Shown in pieces: positions 18,509 to 28,287 of a stretch of 64,000 nucleotides of DNA. Positions within the stretch are counted from its first letter, which is position 1, and each line of letters opens with the position of its first letter. The notes beneath the pieces were generated by a model, which worked only from the letters and a program-made list of their open reading frames with translations, did not search any database and was not told the origin of the DNA. The position numbers and the translations under genes are program-made. Location: the NCBI GenBank assembly GCA_049325535.1, contig JBMOKY010000001.1, positions 621,942 through 685,941 on the forward strand. The letters are read 5' to 3'. This DNA is from Patescibacteria group bacterium (lineage in GTDB: Bacteria; Patescibacteriota; Patescibacteriia; UBA10025; JAHIVO01).

Positions 18509-21500
18509 CTAATGCATAGTGGTCATAAATATTCCACCCTGAAACACCGGCGAATAGGCATAAAATTCTTTACGGATAAAATTGAAATTGGAAATGCTGT
18601 ATATCCGCACTAGCGGACTGCTCTGTGACCTGACGCCAACTAAAATTTCATCAGCACGATCATAATCAATATTCCCCGTGGCGACGCTTACGCCACCGCG
18701 AAATTGTGAAAGAAAAACGATAAATCCAGGATGAATGACACCCATCACCCCATTTTTAGTCCGACCAAATACCCGCACGTGTGGACCGCCAGCGACAGTA
18801 CCAGTTACGATTTCATCCAATCCATCGCCGTTGACATCTCCACAGGCGACGGTGATACCACCACGATAGCCCGGATCATAGGCCATCAAGCCCAGCGTTA
18901 CCGGCCGGAACTCGCGGTTACGGATGCCAAAGATGCGCAATTGGGGCCCGCCGGCCCGAGCCGGACCGGTAACCACCTCATCAATGCCATCGCCCTCAAT
19001 ATCACAGGTAGCCAGCGAAATACCGCCTCTGAACCGTTCGTCGTATGCCCAAAAACTTCTGACCAATGGAACAAACGCGCCCTCTCGGTATCCAAACACC
19101 CGTACCTGCGGTCCGCCGCCGCCCATCGGGCTGACTACGATTTCGCCCTCTCCATTGCCATCAAAATCTCCAACCGCAAGCGATACCCCACCCCGGAACC
19201 CTTCATCAAACGCATAAAACTCATTGAGCAATGAACCATTTCGACGGAAAACGCGTACCAGCGGCGGACTACCCGGCCCAGGAGCGGTGATGATTTCATC
19301 GTGCCCGTCCCCACCGAGATCACCCGCGGCTACCGATATACCGCTCCGCAGAGCACTGTCATATGCGAAAAATTGGCTCACCACCGTGCCATGACGATCA
19401 AACACCCGCACCTGCGGTCCGCCGCCATTGTTTGGCGCGGTGACGATATAGGTATCCACCTGAACCCGGAAACTGACAAGCGCGGCAGATGCGTCAATAT
19501 TTCCGGCAGTGTCCCGTGCCCGGACATACACTGTATGCGCGCCATTTGACAGTGTATGCAGCGTCACGCTAGTCTGCGCGCTCCAGGCTGACCAGGATCC
19601 ACTATCGAGGCGGTATGAGTAGCGTAACTGACTGGTCGGCGTGCTATCATCACTCCCTGTCCACGTGATAGTCACCACGGAGCTCTTCACTGCGGAGCGC
19701 GGGTAGGACACGAGTCGGGTATGTGGCGCCTCGTCAATCGGAACAGTACTCGTACAACTACGCGTGGTGCTCGGACGTTTAGCAATGGTGCCGCAGGCAT
19801 TCGCATCGGTACACGTTCGCGACTGACTACCACTGGCACAGGTGGACCAGCTGCCGCAAGACCATGATTCTGTGCACACCGGAACACTGCACGACTGACT
19901 CAACGCGGGACGGCTGATCATTGTCCCACAGGCATTCGCATCGGTACACGTTCGCGACTGACTACCACTGGCACAGGCGGACCAGCTGCCGCAAGACCAT
20001 GATTCAGTGCAGGAAAGAGTAATAAATGTCGCATCACTACTGGTGGCTAGGTTATCCGAACCATCACGGGACCTGACTCGATAATGATACGTCGTACCCG
20101 GCGTCAAGCCAGACAAAACACGACTATGGGACGTAGTAAGTACACTGTCCAGTCCAGTACTGGAGCCATAGGCGGCGGTGAGACCGTACTCCACTTGTGT
20201 GTCAGCCTGCTCATTCGTCGTCCAGGTGACGGTGGCGACCGCTTGGCCGATCGAGCCGACCGATACGTCGGAAATCACCGGAGCGGTCATATCAACCACA
20301 GCGTCAGTACGCTCTACTGCTCCGAGATCCGGAGCGCTTCCCTGCCAGTGCCGGCATCCGGTTTGATCAGGGTCGACATCATCCGACTGCGGACAATGGT
20401 AGCCGGCGATAATTTCACCTTGGTCAATAGCCGGACTCACTGACTGGAGTTGATAATTATGAGCGGCTTTATTCAGAAATAACGGGTCAGATTCGAAACT
20501 GTCCGCATCCTGGCTTGATGCCGTTTGCCAGGCTCCGAGCGTGGCATAGGTCGTCAGGGCGCTGGCCCGGTTTCCGGCAGTGCGCATGGCAAATGCCGTC
20601 GGACTGCTCGGGTGGTAGAAGAGATTATGGTTTGAAACGGCATTTGAAAATGAATTCCAATACAGTGAGATAAAACGGGTGCCCTGGGGTGAGGTGTAGG
20701 TTGGCACCAGATTTGAAATAATGTTATTTTTCGCCGTCAGATACGCTTCATCAAGATTGCACCCGCCCTGGGCGTCTGCCTCTGTCGTCACATGCAGACC
20801 GGACGTATCGACAATCGTATTATGGTACACCGCATACCGATTGTCCCCGCAGCCGTTAAAAATCGCGTAGCCACTGGCTTTTTGATCGGTTCGTGAAATG
20901 ATATTGAAAAAAATATTACCCTCAATGGTGCCGGCAACTTGTCCAGTGGCAGTCGGCCAACCGAGCCAGATACCTTCACGAGCGTCATGAATGACATTAT
21001 TTTTGACCGTGATGTCGATATCGCCGCGTTTCAGAGCGATCGGCTGGGCGATATTATAAAATTCATTGCCCTCTATCAGACTATCCATGACACCATACCA
21101 CTCGATGCCAGCCCCGAGATGCGCGGCTTCAAATCGCCAATCACCATATGACGGCCCGCGGTCACTGCCCGCGTCATGAATCAGATTATCCTTGATGACG
21201 TACCCAGGAGTATTTGGCAGATACGCCGCACCAGTGGCGCTGCCATTGTAAATTGCCGCGGGATTGCCGAGACAATAGCTGTCCCCAGTAGTAAAGGCGA
21301 TTTCGTTGTTTTCTATGGTGATATCCCCTGGATCGTCCTCGTACGGACTAAATGTCAACGCCCGGCCGTTTGATTGCATCAGAGTCATGTTACTCAATTC
21401 GAAATGGTACACGGACGGATGAGCAGAATATTCGCCAACCCTGACAATCGGACGCTGCGAGCATTCGATCGTGTGACTGGCCGGATTGTCGCTGTCGGGC

Positions 21501-22117
21501 ATCCACACATAGAGGTAATCAGTCAATTCGTCATACCAATATTCCCCCGCCTCATCTAAATCATCGAGTGTATCTTCCTGCACGGTTGGGTCGGCACGCA
21601 ACAACCATAACGAACGGTCGATCCAGCAGTTGGTATTATTAACTGAATAAATGTCGTTGCCGTCATAGCGGCACTGTGTCGGCGCGTCAAATTGGGCTCG
21701 ATATATGCTCCCGGAATAGAGCGACCATGACGCCGGGTCAATTTCGTCGCTGCCTAAAATGATGGTCTGCCCATAGTCCGTGGAATATCCCGAATAGATC
21801 GTCGGCTGCGCAGCATCCACGCCTGCTTTCGGAATTAGTTCTTCGCGATACTCGCCCTTGATCATTACCGTATCCCCCGCGGTATGAGCGGAATTTGCCC
21901 GATCGATGGTGCACCATGGGTGGTCAATATCGTTTTCCCCGGTCGTATAAGCGTCATCACAATCTATGTGCGTATTATCCACGTAATACACATTGCCCGC
22001 CGCTCTCGTCTCTATGGGATCGGCATACGCCAATGTCAACACTGTCAATCCGATGACCACGATTCCCCAGATAAGTATGCACCACTCGCGATATTTAATG
22101 ATACCCTTCATAGGCAA
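18509..22117 (-). CDS. giant secreted/surface protein: right-handed beta-helix, Fn3 domains, tandem Cys-rich repeats and C-terminal FG-GAP beta-propeller
   Basis: Signal/anchor N-terminus; pectate-lyase-like NNxI/GNxF repeats (IENNEIAF, IKDNLIHDAG, IEGNEFYN, VKNNVIHDA); Fn3-like segments; two near-identical 45-aa Cys repeats (CTESWSCGSWSxCASGSQSRTCTDANACG); six to seven FG-GAP repeats (GDLGGDGHDEI, GDFDGNGEGEI, CDIEGDGIDEV, GDVNGDGLDEI with GGPQxRVF). Confidence 0.8.
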   Translation of the reverse strand: MPMKGIIKYREWCILIWGIVVIGLTVLTLAYADPIETRAAGNVYYVDNTHIDCDDAYTTGENDIDHPWCTIDRANSAHTAGDTVMIKGEYREELIPKAGVDAAQPTIYSGYSTDYGQTIILGSDEIDPASWSLYSGSIYRAQFDAPTQCRYDGNDIYSVNNTNCWIDRSLWLLRADPTVQEDTLDDLDEAGEYWYDELTDYLYVWMPDSDNPASHTIECSQRPIVRVGEYSAHPSVYHFELSNMTLMQSNGRALTFSPYEDDPGDITIENNEIAFTTGDSYCLGNPAAIYNGSATGAAYLPNTPGYVIKDNLIHDAGSDRGPSYGDWRFEAAHLGAGIEWYGVMDSLIEGNEFYNIAQPIALKRGDIDITVKNNVIHDAREGIWLGWPTATGQVAGTIEGNIFFNIISRTDQKASGYAIFNGCGDNRYAVYHNTIVDTSGLHVTTEADAQGGCNLDEAYLTAKNNIISNLVPTYTSPQGTRFISLYWNSFSNAVSNHNLFYHPSSPTAFAMRTAGNRASALTTYATLGAWQTASSQDADSFESDPLFLNKAAHNYQLQSVSPAIDQGEIIAGYHCPQSDDVDPDQTGCRHWQGSAPDLGAVERTDAVVDMTAPVISDVSVGSIGQAVATVTWTTNEQADTQVEYGLTAAYGSSTGLDSVLTTSHSRVLSGLTPGTTYHYRVRSRDGSDNLATSSDATFITLSCTESWSCGSWSACASGSQSRTCTDANACGTMISRPALSQSCSVPVCTESWSCGSWSTCASGSQSRTCTDANACGTIAKRPSTTRSCTSTVPIDEAPHTRLVSYPRSAVKSSVVTITWTGSDDSTPTSQLRYSYRLDSGSWSAWSAQTSVTLHTLSNGAHTVYVRARDTAGNIDASAALVSFRVQVDTYIVTAPNNGGGPQVRVFDRHGTVVSQFFAYDSALRSGISVAAGDLGGDGHDEIITAPGPGSPPLVRVFRRNGSLLNEFYAFDEGFRGGVSLAVGDFDGNGEGEIVVSPMGGGGPQVRVFGYREGAFVPLVRSFWAYDERFRGGISLATCDIEGDGIDEVVTGPARAGGPQLRIFGIRNREFRPVTLGLMAYDPGYRGGITVACGDVNGDGLDEIVTGTVAGGPHVRVFGRTKNGVMGVIHPGFIVFLSQFRGGVSVATGNIDYDRADEILVGVRSQSSPLVRIYSISNFNFIRKEFYAYSPVFQGGIFMTTMH
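19793..20062 (-). repeat. intragenic tandem direct repeat, 2 x 135 bp, encoding the Cys-rich 45-aa repeats
   Basis: Copy 1 starts at 19793 and copy 2 at 19928, nearly identical (single-base differences visible, for example caggtgg versus caggcgg). Confidence 0.6.
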
Positions 22118-22251
22118 TAAAAAGATGCACGCTGCGGTGCATTACTCCCACACATAATAATTTGTAATTGATGCTGGTGCCAATTACACACGCTATTGAA
22201 TATTATTGATTACCATTATCAGTATAGCATATTGATAGCAAAAAATCCAGA

Positions 22252-23499
22252 CTACTCCATGGTATCTACAGTAACCAGATCGCCTTGAAATTCCGCTGCA
22301 ACTGATTTACGGAAGCCAACGCGATCTGGCGCATGTATGCCCCCCAGCTTCAGCAATTCCCCCTGCACCACCGTCTCCTCGCCGTACTTATTATTGATCA
22401 TATCAAGTGCTCGTGCCAATGCTGGAGATATTTTTTTGTTCTGAAACAGCGACAGCTGGTCCACTCGCGGTCGCAGACGATATACCCCGACAGCATACCA
22501 GTGAGGCGTATCACCGCCCAGATACGGACGCACCGCCTCCCAGGCCATCTGGAATATCTGACTGGTATGAATGACGGGATGGTGTACTATTCTGCTGAAT
22601 CCAACGGCACCCCGACGAACCAATGAACTATGAAAATACACCCCCTGCGCCTCCAGCTCGCGCTCCCGTAACCTCCTACCCGTCCGCTCGCACAGTCGCA
22701 TCAGCACCGCCTGATGAAATCTGACATCCTGCGTTCGCCGCCGCAAAATGTGACTATGACCGATTGATTTCGGCTGACGCTGCACTTCCACACCCGCCAG
22801 CTCGATACCATGCAGATTCGCCCAGAGATAGTACCCGCGCACGCCCAATGTCGCCATCAGATTTGCCACCGGGTACTGAGCCAGTTCATCCAGCGTGGCA
22901 ATGCCCAATGCCTGCAGCCGGCCAGCAGTAGCGCCGGCAATCCCCCATGCTTCCTCCAATACCCGACCCCGGAGATACGCAGCCATGACATCCGGCGTCA
23001 GCACCACCACACCGCCCTTTGGTGCCGTATCACTGGCAAATTTAGCGAGCCAACGCGTAGGAGCCACACCTACGGAACATAGCAACCATTCACCGACTTC
23101 CTCCCGGATCCGCCGCTGTATTTCGACGGCAATACGATGCGCTTCATCATATGATGAAGCGACGCCCGTCAAATCCAAAAATGCCTCGTCGATCGAGTAC
23201 GGCTCAATCGCTTCCGAATACTCCGCCGCGATACTGAATATCCGCTCGCTGGTCGATCGGTACTTTGGCGGATCGACCTCAACTAGTACCACATCGGGGT
23301 ATAATTGCTGCGCCTCTGGGATACGACAACCGGTTTTGATGCCGATCTTTTTTGCTTCACGCGATGAAGCGATGATGCAGCCGTGCGGAGTCATAGTAGC
23401 GACTACACCGATCGGGCGACCACGCAAGCGAGGGTTCGCCTGCTGTTCCACGCTGGCAAAATACGATGCCATGTCGAAATGTAATATGATACGCTGCAT
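22252..23499 (-). CDS. dinB: Y-family DNA polymerase IV (DinB)
   Basis: N-terminal HFDMASYFASVEQ (catalytic DMD/FF motif equivalent), palm/fingers/little-finger arrangement, 415 aa. Confidence 0.85.
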   Translation of the reverse strand: MQRIILHFDMASYFASVEQQANPRLRGRPIGVVATMTPHGCIIASSREAKKIGIKTGCRIPEAQQLYPDVVLVEVDPPKYRSTSERIFSIAAEYSEAIEPYSIDEAFLDLTGVASSYDEAHRIAVEIQRRIREEVGEWLLCSVGVAPTRWLAKFASDTAPKGGVVVLTPDVMAAYLRGRVLEEAWGIAGATAGRLQALGIATLDELAQYPVANLMATLGVRGYYLWANLHGIELAGVEVQRQPKSIGHSHILRRRTQDVRFHQAVLMRLCERTGRRLRERELEAQGVYFHSSLVRRGAVGFSRIVHHPVIHTSQIFQMAWEAVRPYLGGDTPHWYAVGVYRLRPRVDQLSLFQNKKISPALARALDMINNKYGEETVVQGELLKLGGIHAPDRVGFRKSVAAEFQGDLVTVDTME

Positions 23500-23588
23500 T
23501 GACGAGTACCAAGCTGAATGATAAGCTCAAAGACTCAAAAAAAGTACCTACACACTCACCTACATACATCACCCATAGGAGGGGTTCG

Positions 23589-24086
23589 ATGAACAATAAA
23601 CACATCCTCACCGTTTGTTTCAAAGATAATTCCAGTACCGCCGCCATGCTGCAATCAGCGCTGGCTGCCGCGGTGCAACACCATGACATGACGGTCACCG
23701 GCTCAGTCATGCTGGATGAACTGATCGCCGAGCACCCCTCGGAAAAAACGCTGTCGCTCCTCGAACGCGCACCCGACCTGCTCATCCTGTGGATCGACAT
23801 GCTGACACCAAATCCGCTCGAACGGACCAACCAGCTGCTCATCACGCTCAATGGCGACCAGCGCTTCCAGTTCACCCACTACCATGGGGTCATACTGAAG
23901 GAGGGTTTGGGTGATACCCAATCGTACAACAGCCTGCGTAGGCATTTTGGTTCTCTACTGAATCTGCCGCCGCAGCGACGACTGACCGAAGCTCCCGACC
24001 TGAATCCTGAAGCTCCCACCGTGTGGGATCGCTTCATCGGCCAAATCATTGCCGATCTTCGGAACCAACGCATCGAACGCCGATAG
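23589..24086 (+). CDS. hypothetical protein
   Basis: Strong SD AGGAGGGG 5 nt upstream of the ATG at 23589; rho-independent terminator downstream; no recognisable domain. Confidence 0.5.
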   Translation: MNNKHILTVCFKDNSSTAAMLQSALAAAVQHHDMTVTGSVMLDELIAEHPSEKTLSLLERAPDLLILWIDMLTPNPLERTNQLLITLNGDQRFQFTHYHGVILKEGLGDTQSYNSLRRHFGSLLNLPPQRRLTEAPDLNPEAPTVWDRFIGQIIADLRNQRIERR

Positions 24087-24106
24087 TCGAACAGCCAGCC
24101 CATCTG

Positions 24107-24142
24107 CCACCGCCAGCGCCATGCTGCAGCGGTGGTTTTTTT
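24107..24142 (+). terminator. rho-independent terminator
   Basis: CCACCGC-N15-GCGGTGG hairpin followed by TTTTTTT. Confidence 0.6.
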
Positions 24143-24191
24143 ATAAGACATAGGATATACTAAAGGACTAAAATGCTAATCCCCCAAACAT

Positions 24192-24845
24192 ATGCACAAC
24201 CCCGAACAGGAACAATTCTCAGCCAATGAACTGGCCATCATGGAAAAAACGCTCCCCGGCCGCAGCCTGCTCGAGCAAAGTGGCGACCTGGCGCTGGCAG
24301 AAAAGCTCCACGACATGGATAACCGCGACCGCCTTATCAGCGAACGAATCGATGATCAGGGAGGACGAGAGGCTTGGCGTAAAAATATCAGCTACGTAAA
24401 GCAAAAAAACTCTGAAACGGGAGCATGGGAACATACTGACGAGATAAAAGCCATCACCGAGCAAACATTTACCCGCGACGAAAAAACAGGCGCGATTACC
24501 GACATCATAGGTACTAACCTCGACCGTGAACACAGCTGGCATGAATCGCTGACCTATGACGAGCACGGTACGCTCATCGGCCACTCAGGCGAGGTCACCG
24601 AGGGCGAACGACAAGGTGAAACCTGGAACAAGTCGTTTTCCACTGAACGAATTGGAGCGTACACGAAAAATATCGAAACCACGACCGGCAAAAAAATGGT
24701 TGATGGCGCGCTGCAGGATTTTGAAGTGGTAAAGATCAATTATACTGATAGCCAAGGTACTGTCGTGTATGGACATCAGGAGGAAACCGGCAAACCGGAA
24801 TCTGCCATGAGCTGGGGCGAAAAACCAGCCGATCTGGAGTCCTAG
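24192..24845 (+). CDS. hypothetical acidic hydrophilic protein
   Basis: 217-aa ORF, no TM, D/E/T-rich; no recognisable family. Confidence 0.45.
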   Translation: MHNPEQEQFSANELAIMEKTLPGRSLLEQSGDLALAEKLHDMDNRDRLISERIDDQGGREAWRKNISYVKQKNSETGAWEHTDEIKAITEQTFTRDEKTGAITDIIGTNLDREHSWHESLTYDEHGTLIGHSGEVTEGERQGETWNKSFSTERIGAYTKNIETTTGKKMVDGALQDFEVVKINYTDSQGTVVYGHQEETGKPESAMSWGEKPADLES

Positions 24846-25106
24846 TTACCCATCCAGCTGGATCTCCCTGAGTGTCCACCGCAACGAGTATGGGTCATAA
24901 AAAAGCACGTACGTATTTGCGCTATCCGACACGGCAAAACACCAGTGGTATCGATCACCAACTCTCGTCCGGTACACCAGATTGACTTGACTGATATCAT
25001 ACCGATGCTCCTGCTGGCGGATAAACGCCAGAGGTTTGACGGTGGTACCGCTAAAATCAGCTATCACCCGAATAGGTTCATTGAGCTTTTCTACATACAT
25101 ACTCAT
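24846..25106 (-). CDS. hypothetical small protein
   Basis: 86-aa ORF convergent with the previous gene; no recognisable family. Confidence 0.35.
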   Translation of the reverse strand: MSMYVEKLNEPIRVIADFSGTTVKPLAFIRQQEHRYDISQVNLVYRTRVGDRYHWCFAVSDSANTYVLFYDPYSLRWTLREIQLDG

Positions 25107-25237
25107 GTATAAGTATACCCGAAGAAAAACCGAAAGTCAAATCCATAAATATCCCCGTCCGCACGATATGTGTCAGACGGGGTTTACGAGGGAGGCGAAT
25201 CGGCAAAAGCCGATCAAATGAAAATCTACAATCCCTA

Positions 25238-25480
25238 CTACAGGGGGAGATAGCCCCCTTCGGCCTGGGACTGGCGCTCATATTTCACGCACCAGCGGGG
25301 AAAAAGACAGATACAGATAATTCCGCCGACGATACAGCCGGCCAGCGTGGTCGGCAAAAGCCACCAACTGAAACCATCGGCGATGAGGCTGATGATTAAA
25401 CCTGCGACGGCAGGTATGCCAAGGGTTATCACCACCCGAGGGCCAAAGAAAAAGAGCCGTTCCATACTGCTTACCTCCAT
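25238..25480 (-). CDS. hypothetical small membrane protein
   Basis: 80 aa, two TM helices. Confidence 0.35.
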   Translation of the reverse strand: MEVSSMERLFFFGPRVVITLGIPAVAGLIISLIADGFSWWLLPTTLAGCIVGGIICICLFPRWCVKYERQSQAEGGYLPL

Positions 25481-25603
25481 GTACTACGCTTAATGCACCC
25501 GGAATTCCTGATTAACGACACCCTACCATATTTCAAAGCAAAGTCAATACCACAAACGCCGGGCTCCTACCAGACGTTTGCGGAAACTACTACCTATTCT
25601 GAG

Positions 25604-27091
25604 CTAACGAGACAGATCGTCAACCGGTACTGGCATAGTCGCCGTCCCCGATCCCGCACTCCCCGTCACTACTCCCTGGGTTTCAATCAGTTCCGCCGCC
25701 AGCGGCACCACTACCCGCTGCTTCCAGGGACTTTTCTCAGGGTCAGCCGGGTCAATAGCAAATGCCAGTGCCGGTACGTATAGTTCATTGGTCCCGGTAT
25801 CATCGTACTGACTCATGATTATATAGGCAAATTCGGGGGCCTGAAGACGAATCTCAACCGTATTGGTAGCCGGCTCCGGCTGATACTCATATAAACCACC
25901 GCGCTCGATGATGGCGCGAAGCTCATCCACATCAGTTTCATTGGCATATTCCGAACTGTCAAAATCCATCGACTGTAGAGGATAGACAGAGGAAACACGC
26001 AGATCCGGTAAGCTCAGTGACACTTGCAGACCCTGCTGCTCACCATACGCACCATATACCGAAAGCCCGCCTATCTGTAGGGGGAAGATGACGGTCATAC
26101 TGGAAACATATGGTGCTGATTCACGGTACAGCAGCGGTTCTACTCCACCGTATCCAGCGACAGAGACGACTTCTGGCTCACCATACCCACTATAGGAAAT
26201 GTCGTGGGCATCGAGAAACGACCTGGCGGCCATAATCAGTTTTTCATCTGCGGGTATATCAGCGGTTCCCTGGGGCGTGGCAGCGGTCTCCGCGCAGTCC
26301 TCGCCGACACAATCGACCGCCACATCTCGGGTGGCATAGAGCATGTCACTGCTGATGCTGATCAGGCCATCCTGCACGTTGATATCGATAGCATACCCAC
26401 CCTCGGCAGTCTGGGCCAATGAAACGTGGCGCGTTTCTAAATCAGCAAAAGAAGACATGCGCATCAAATCCAGACCATAGGATTCTAGGTTTGCGGACAC
26501 TGAGGTAGTGGGACGGATACGGCGTACCACCTGGCTGGACGCCGGAATATCAGGAAACTCTCCACTATAAACATAGCGGTAGCTTGTAATTTCAGCATTC
26601 TGATCCGGCACAGGGAACGTACCGGGTTCTATGGCCGTTGCTGTGGTATCCGATGCCATTTCATCGGCGACATTGGTTGACTGGCGAGAGGATGATGGAC
26701 TACTCGATGATAAATCGCCAAACGCATTCGCTGACAGCTGCTGGATACCGCCTGGGGGGGTAAAAATATCATCAGTGCCTGAGGGTTGCCACCACACGTA
26801 CCAGGAAACTCCCACCACAACCACCAAGACCAGCAGACTCGCAGCTGGCACCATGGGATGAGCGCTGAGCCATCCAAACCACGAGGTTCGTACCGCTGAA
26901 CCGGCTTCCGGCTGAATAGTACGCAGCCGTTCGCGCAAAGCAGCGCGGAATTGCTCATCGATATGAACGGTCGGTTGGCTCTGGAGCAGTGCCGTGACGA
27001 TTTGCCGGACACGATCTTCATGTCCGAGGAGACGATGGTCATCGGCCACCAGCTCACTAACCAATTGATCAATACGTTCGGGGGAAATCAT
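25604..27091 (-). CDS. putative anti-sigma factor with large extracytoplasmic domain
   Basis: Directly downstream of the ECF sigma gene; cytoplasmic N-terminal domain, one TM helix (PMVPAASLLVLVVVVGVSWYVWW), about 390-aa extracytoplasmic part. Confidence 0.55.
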   Translation of the reverse strand: MISPERIDQLVSELVADDHRLLGHEDRVRQIVTALLQSQPTVHIDEQFRAALRERLRTIQPEAGSAVRTSWFGWLSAHPMVPAASLLVLVVVVGVSWYVWWQPSGTDDIFTPPGGIQQLSANAFGDLSSSSPSSSRQSTNVADEMASDTTATAIEPGTFPVPDQNAEITSYRYVYSGEFPDIPASSQVVRRIRPTTSVSANLESYGLDLMRMSSFADLETRHVSLAQTAEGGYAIDINVQDGLISISSDMLYATRDVAVDCVGEDCAETAATPQGTADIPADEKLIMAARSFLDAHDISYSGYGEPEVVSVAGYGGVEPLLYRESAPYVSSMTVIFPLQIGGLSVYGAYGEQQGLQVSLSLPDLRVSSVYPLQSMDFDSSEYANETDVDELRAIIERGGLYEYQPEPATNTVEIRLQAPEFAYIIMSQYDDTGTNELYVPALAFAIDPADPEKSPWKQRVVVPLAAELIETQGVVTGSAGSGTATMPVPVDDLSR

Positions 27092-27100
27092 ATGCTTGTA

Positions 27101-27664
27101 TTATATAGTTATCGTGATAATAAATATCAGTGTGGCCACAGCAGCCAATGCAATTCGCGTTTGCCGGAGCACCCGTGAAATTTGCATCTTACATTGGCCC
27201 TCGGTCATGCCGGCTATCTGGGCGATTTCACGGTATGACAAGCCATCCCATATGCGCAGCAATACCACATCGCGATGTCGAGGCGATAATCCAGACAGAT
27301 ATTGGCGCACCTCCGACAGCAGTGCCAATTGTTCAGACGAATTTTCCGTACGTGGTTCACGACTGGTTTGCAGTATCACATCGAGGGGGATGACGGCTTT
27401 TGCAGTACGGTAATGATCGATGATGGTGTGCCGGGCGATGCGGTACAGCCAGGCGCGAAACGATCCCCCGCGATACCTTCCGATATGCCCCAGTGCCTTG
27501 ATAAATACAGCACTGGTCAGATCTTCCGCCGTTTCTCGGTGCAGCGTCCGCGCATATACAAACGCGTACATTCGATCGACGTAGTCGTCGTACAATTCAC
27601 CAAATCGTTCCATATCCCCTGCCTGGCAGGCAGCGATGGCCTCCGTTTCTCGTACGGTATCCAT
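27101..27664 (-). CDS. ECF-type RNA polymerase sigma-70 factor
   Basis: Region 2 (FRAWLYRIARHTIIDHYR) and region 4 HTH (LSYREIAQIAGMTEGQCKMQISRVLRQ). Confidence 0.85.
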   Translation of the reverse strand: MDTVRETEAIAACQAGDMERFGELYDDYVDRMYAFVYARTLHRETAEDLTSAVFIKALGHIGRYRGGSFRAWLYRIARHTIIDHYRTAKAVIPLDVILQTSREPRTENSSEQLALLSEVRQYLSGLSPRHRDVVLLRIWDGLSYREIAQIAGMTEGQCKMQISRVLRQTRIALAAVATLIFIITITI

Positions 27665-27770
27665 AGAGTGTTCTGTTTGAATCGCATTAATGCCCTCTAA
27701 CTATACAAACGATGTATAATCAAAAAAGTAACACGGCAGGACTCAACTAACACAAGTAACTGACGCGCTC

Positions 27771-28169
27771 TTATTCCGTTGTTGTGCCGTCAAAATCCTC
27801 ATCATCAGCTTCAGCGGCTGCTTTTGTTTCATGCACGATACCATCTCGATGGTGAGCCGGGGCATACAGAGTATACATTTTCAGCGGCTGATCAGCGGAT
27901 GTATTGATGACATTGTGTTCAGCCCCCGCTGGCACGATGACGGCCATTCCGTCGCTCACCGCATATTCATTATTATCGATAATTACTGTACCCGTGCCTG
28001 ACTCAAACCGAAAAAACTGGTCATTATCAGGATGCGTCTCCAGGCCAATTTCCTCTTTTGGCTGCAGGCTCATCAGTACCAGTTGGCTGTGTTTTCCTGA
28101 GTACAGAACTTTACGGAAGTAACTATTTGATACAGTAGCTTCCTCAATATTTTGAGCAAATCCTTTCAT
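27771..28169 (-). CDS. cupin-domain protein
   Basis: Cupin motifs G(x)5HxH...E and G(x)5PxG...H pattern (ETHPDNDQFF...GTGTVII...VPAGAEHNV). Confidence 0.75.
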   Translation of the reverse strand: MKGFAQNIEEATVSNSYFRKVLYSGKHSQLVLMSLQPKEEIGLETHPDNDQFFRFESGTGTVIIDNNEYAVSDGMAVIVPAGAEHNVINTSADQPLKMYTLYAPAHHRDGIVHETKAAAEADDEDFDGTTTE

Positions 28170-28223
28170 ATAATTTATTTGGCTAATAATCAGATATAAT
28201 CAGTATACCACCGTGTGGTACAT

Positions 28224-28258
28224 AAAAAAACCCGCAGCGTGTATTTTCAAACTGCGGG
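28224..28258 (-). terminator. rho-independent terminator (minus strand)
   Basis: CCCGCAG-N14-CTGCGGG hairpin; on the minus strand it is followed by a run of seven U. Confidence 0.6.
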
Positions 28259-28287
28259 CGGGCGGGTGGACGACGTACGGCCAGGCG

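Noticed and set aside
18731-21741. Numerous 60-170-aa ORFs on both strands inside the 1202-aa surface-protein gene
   Set aside because: All are embedded in a long ORF with coherent domain repeats; none has an SD or conserved motif.
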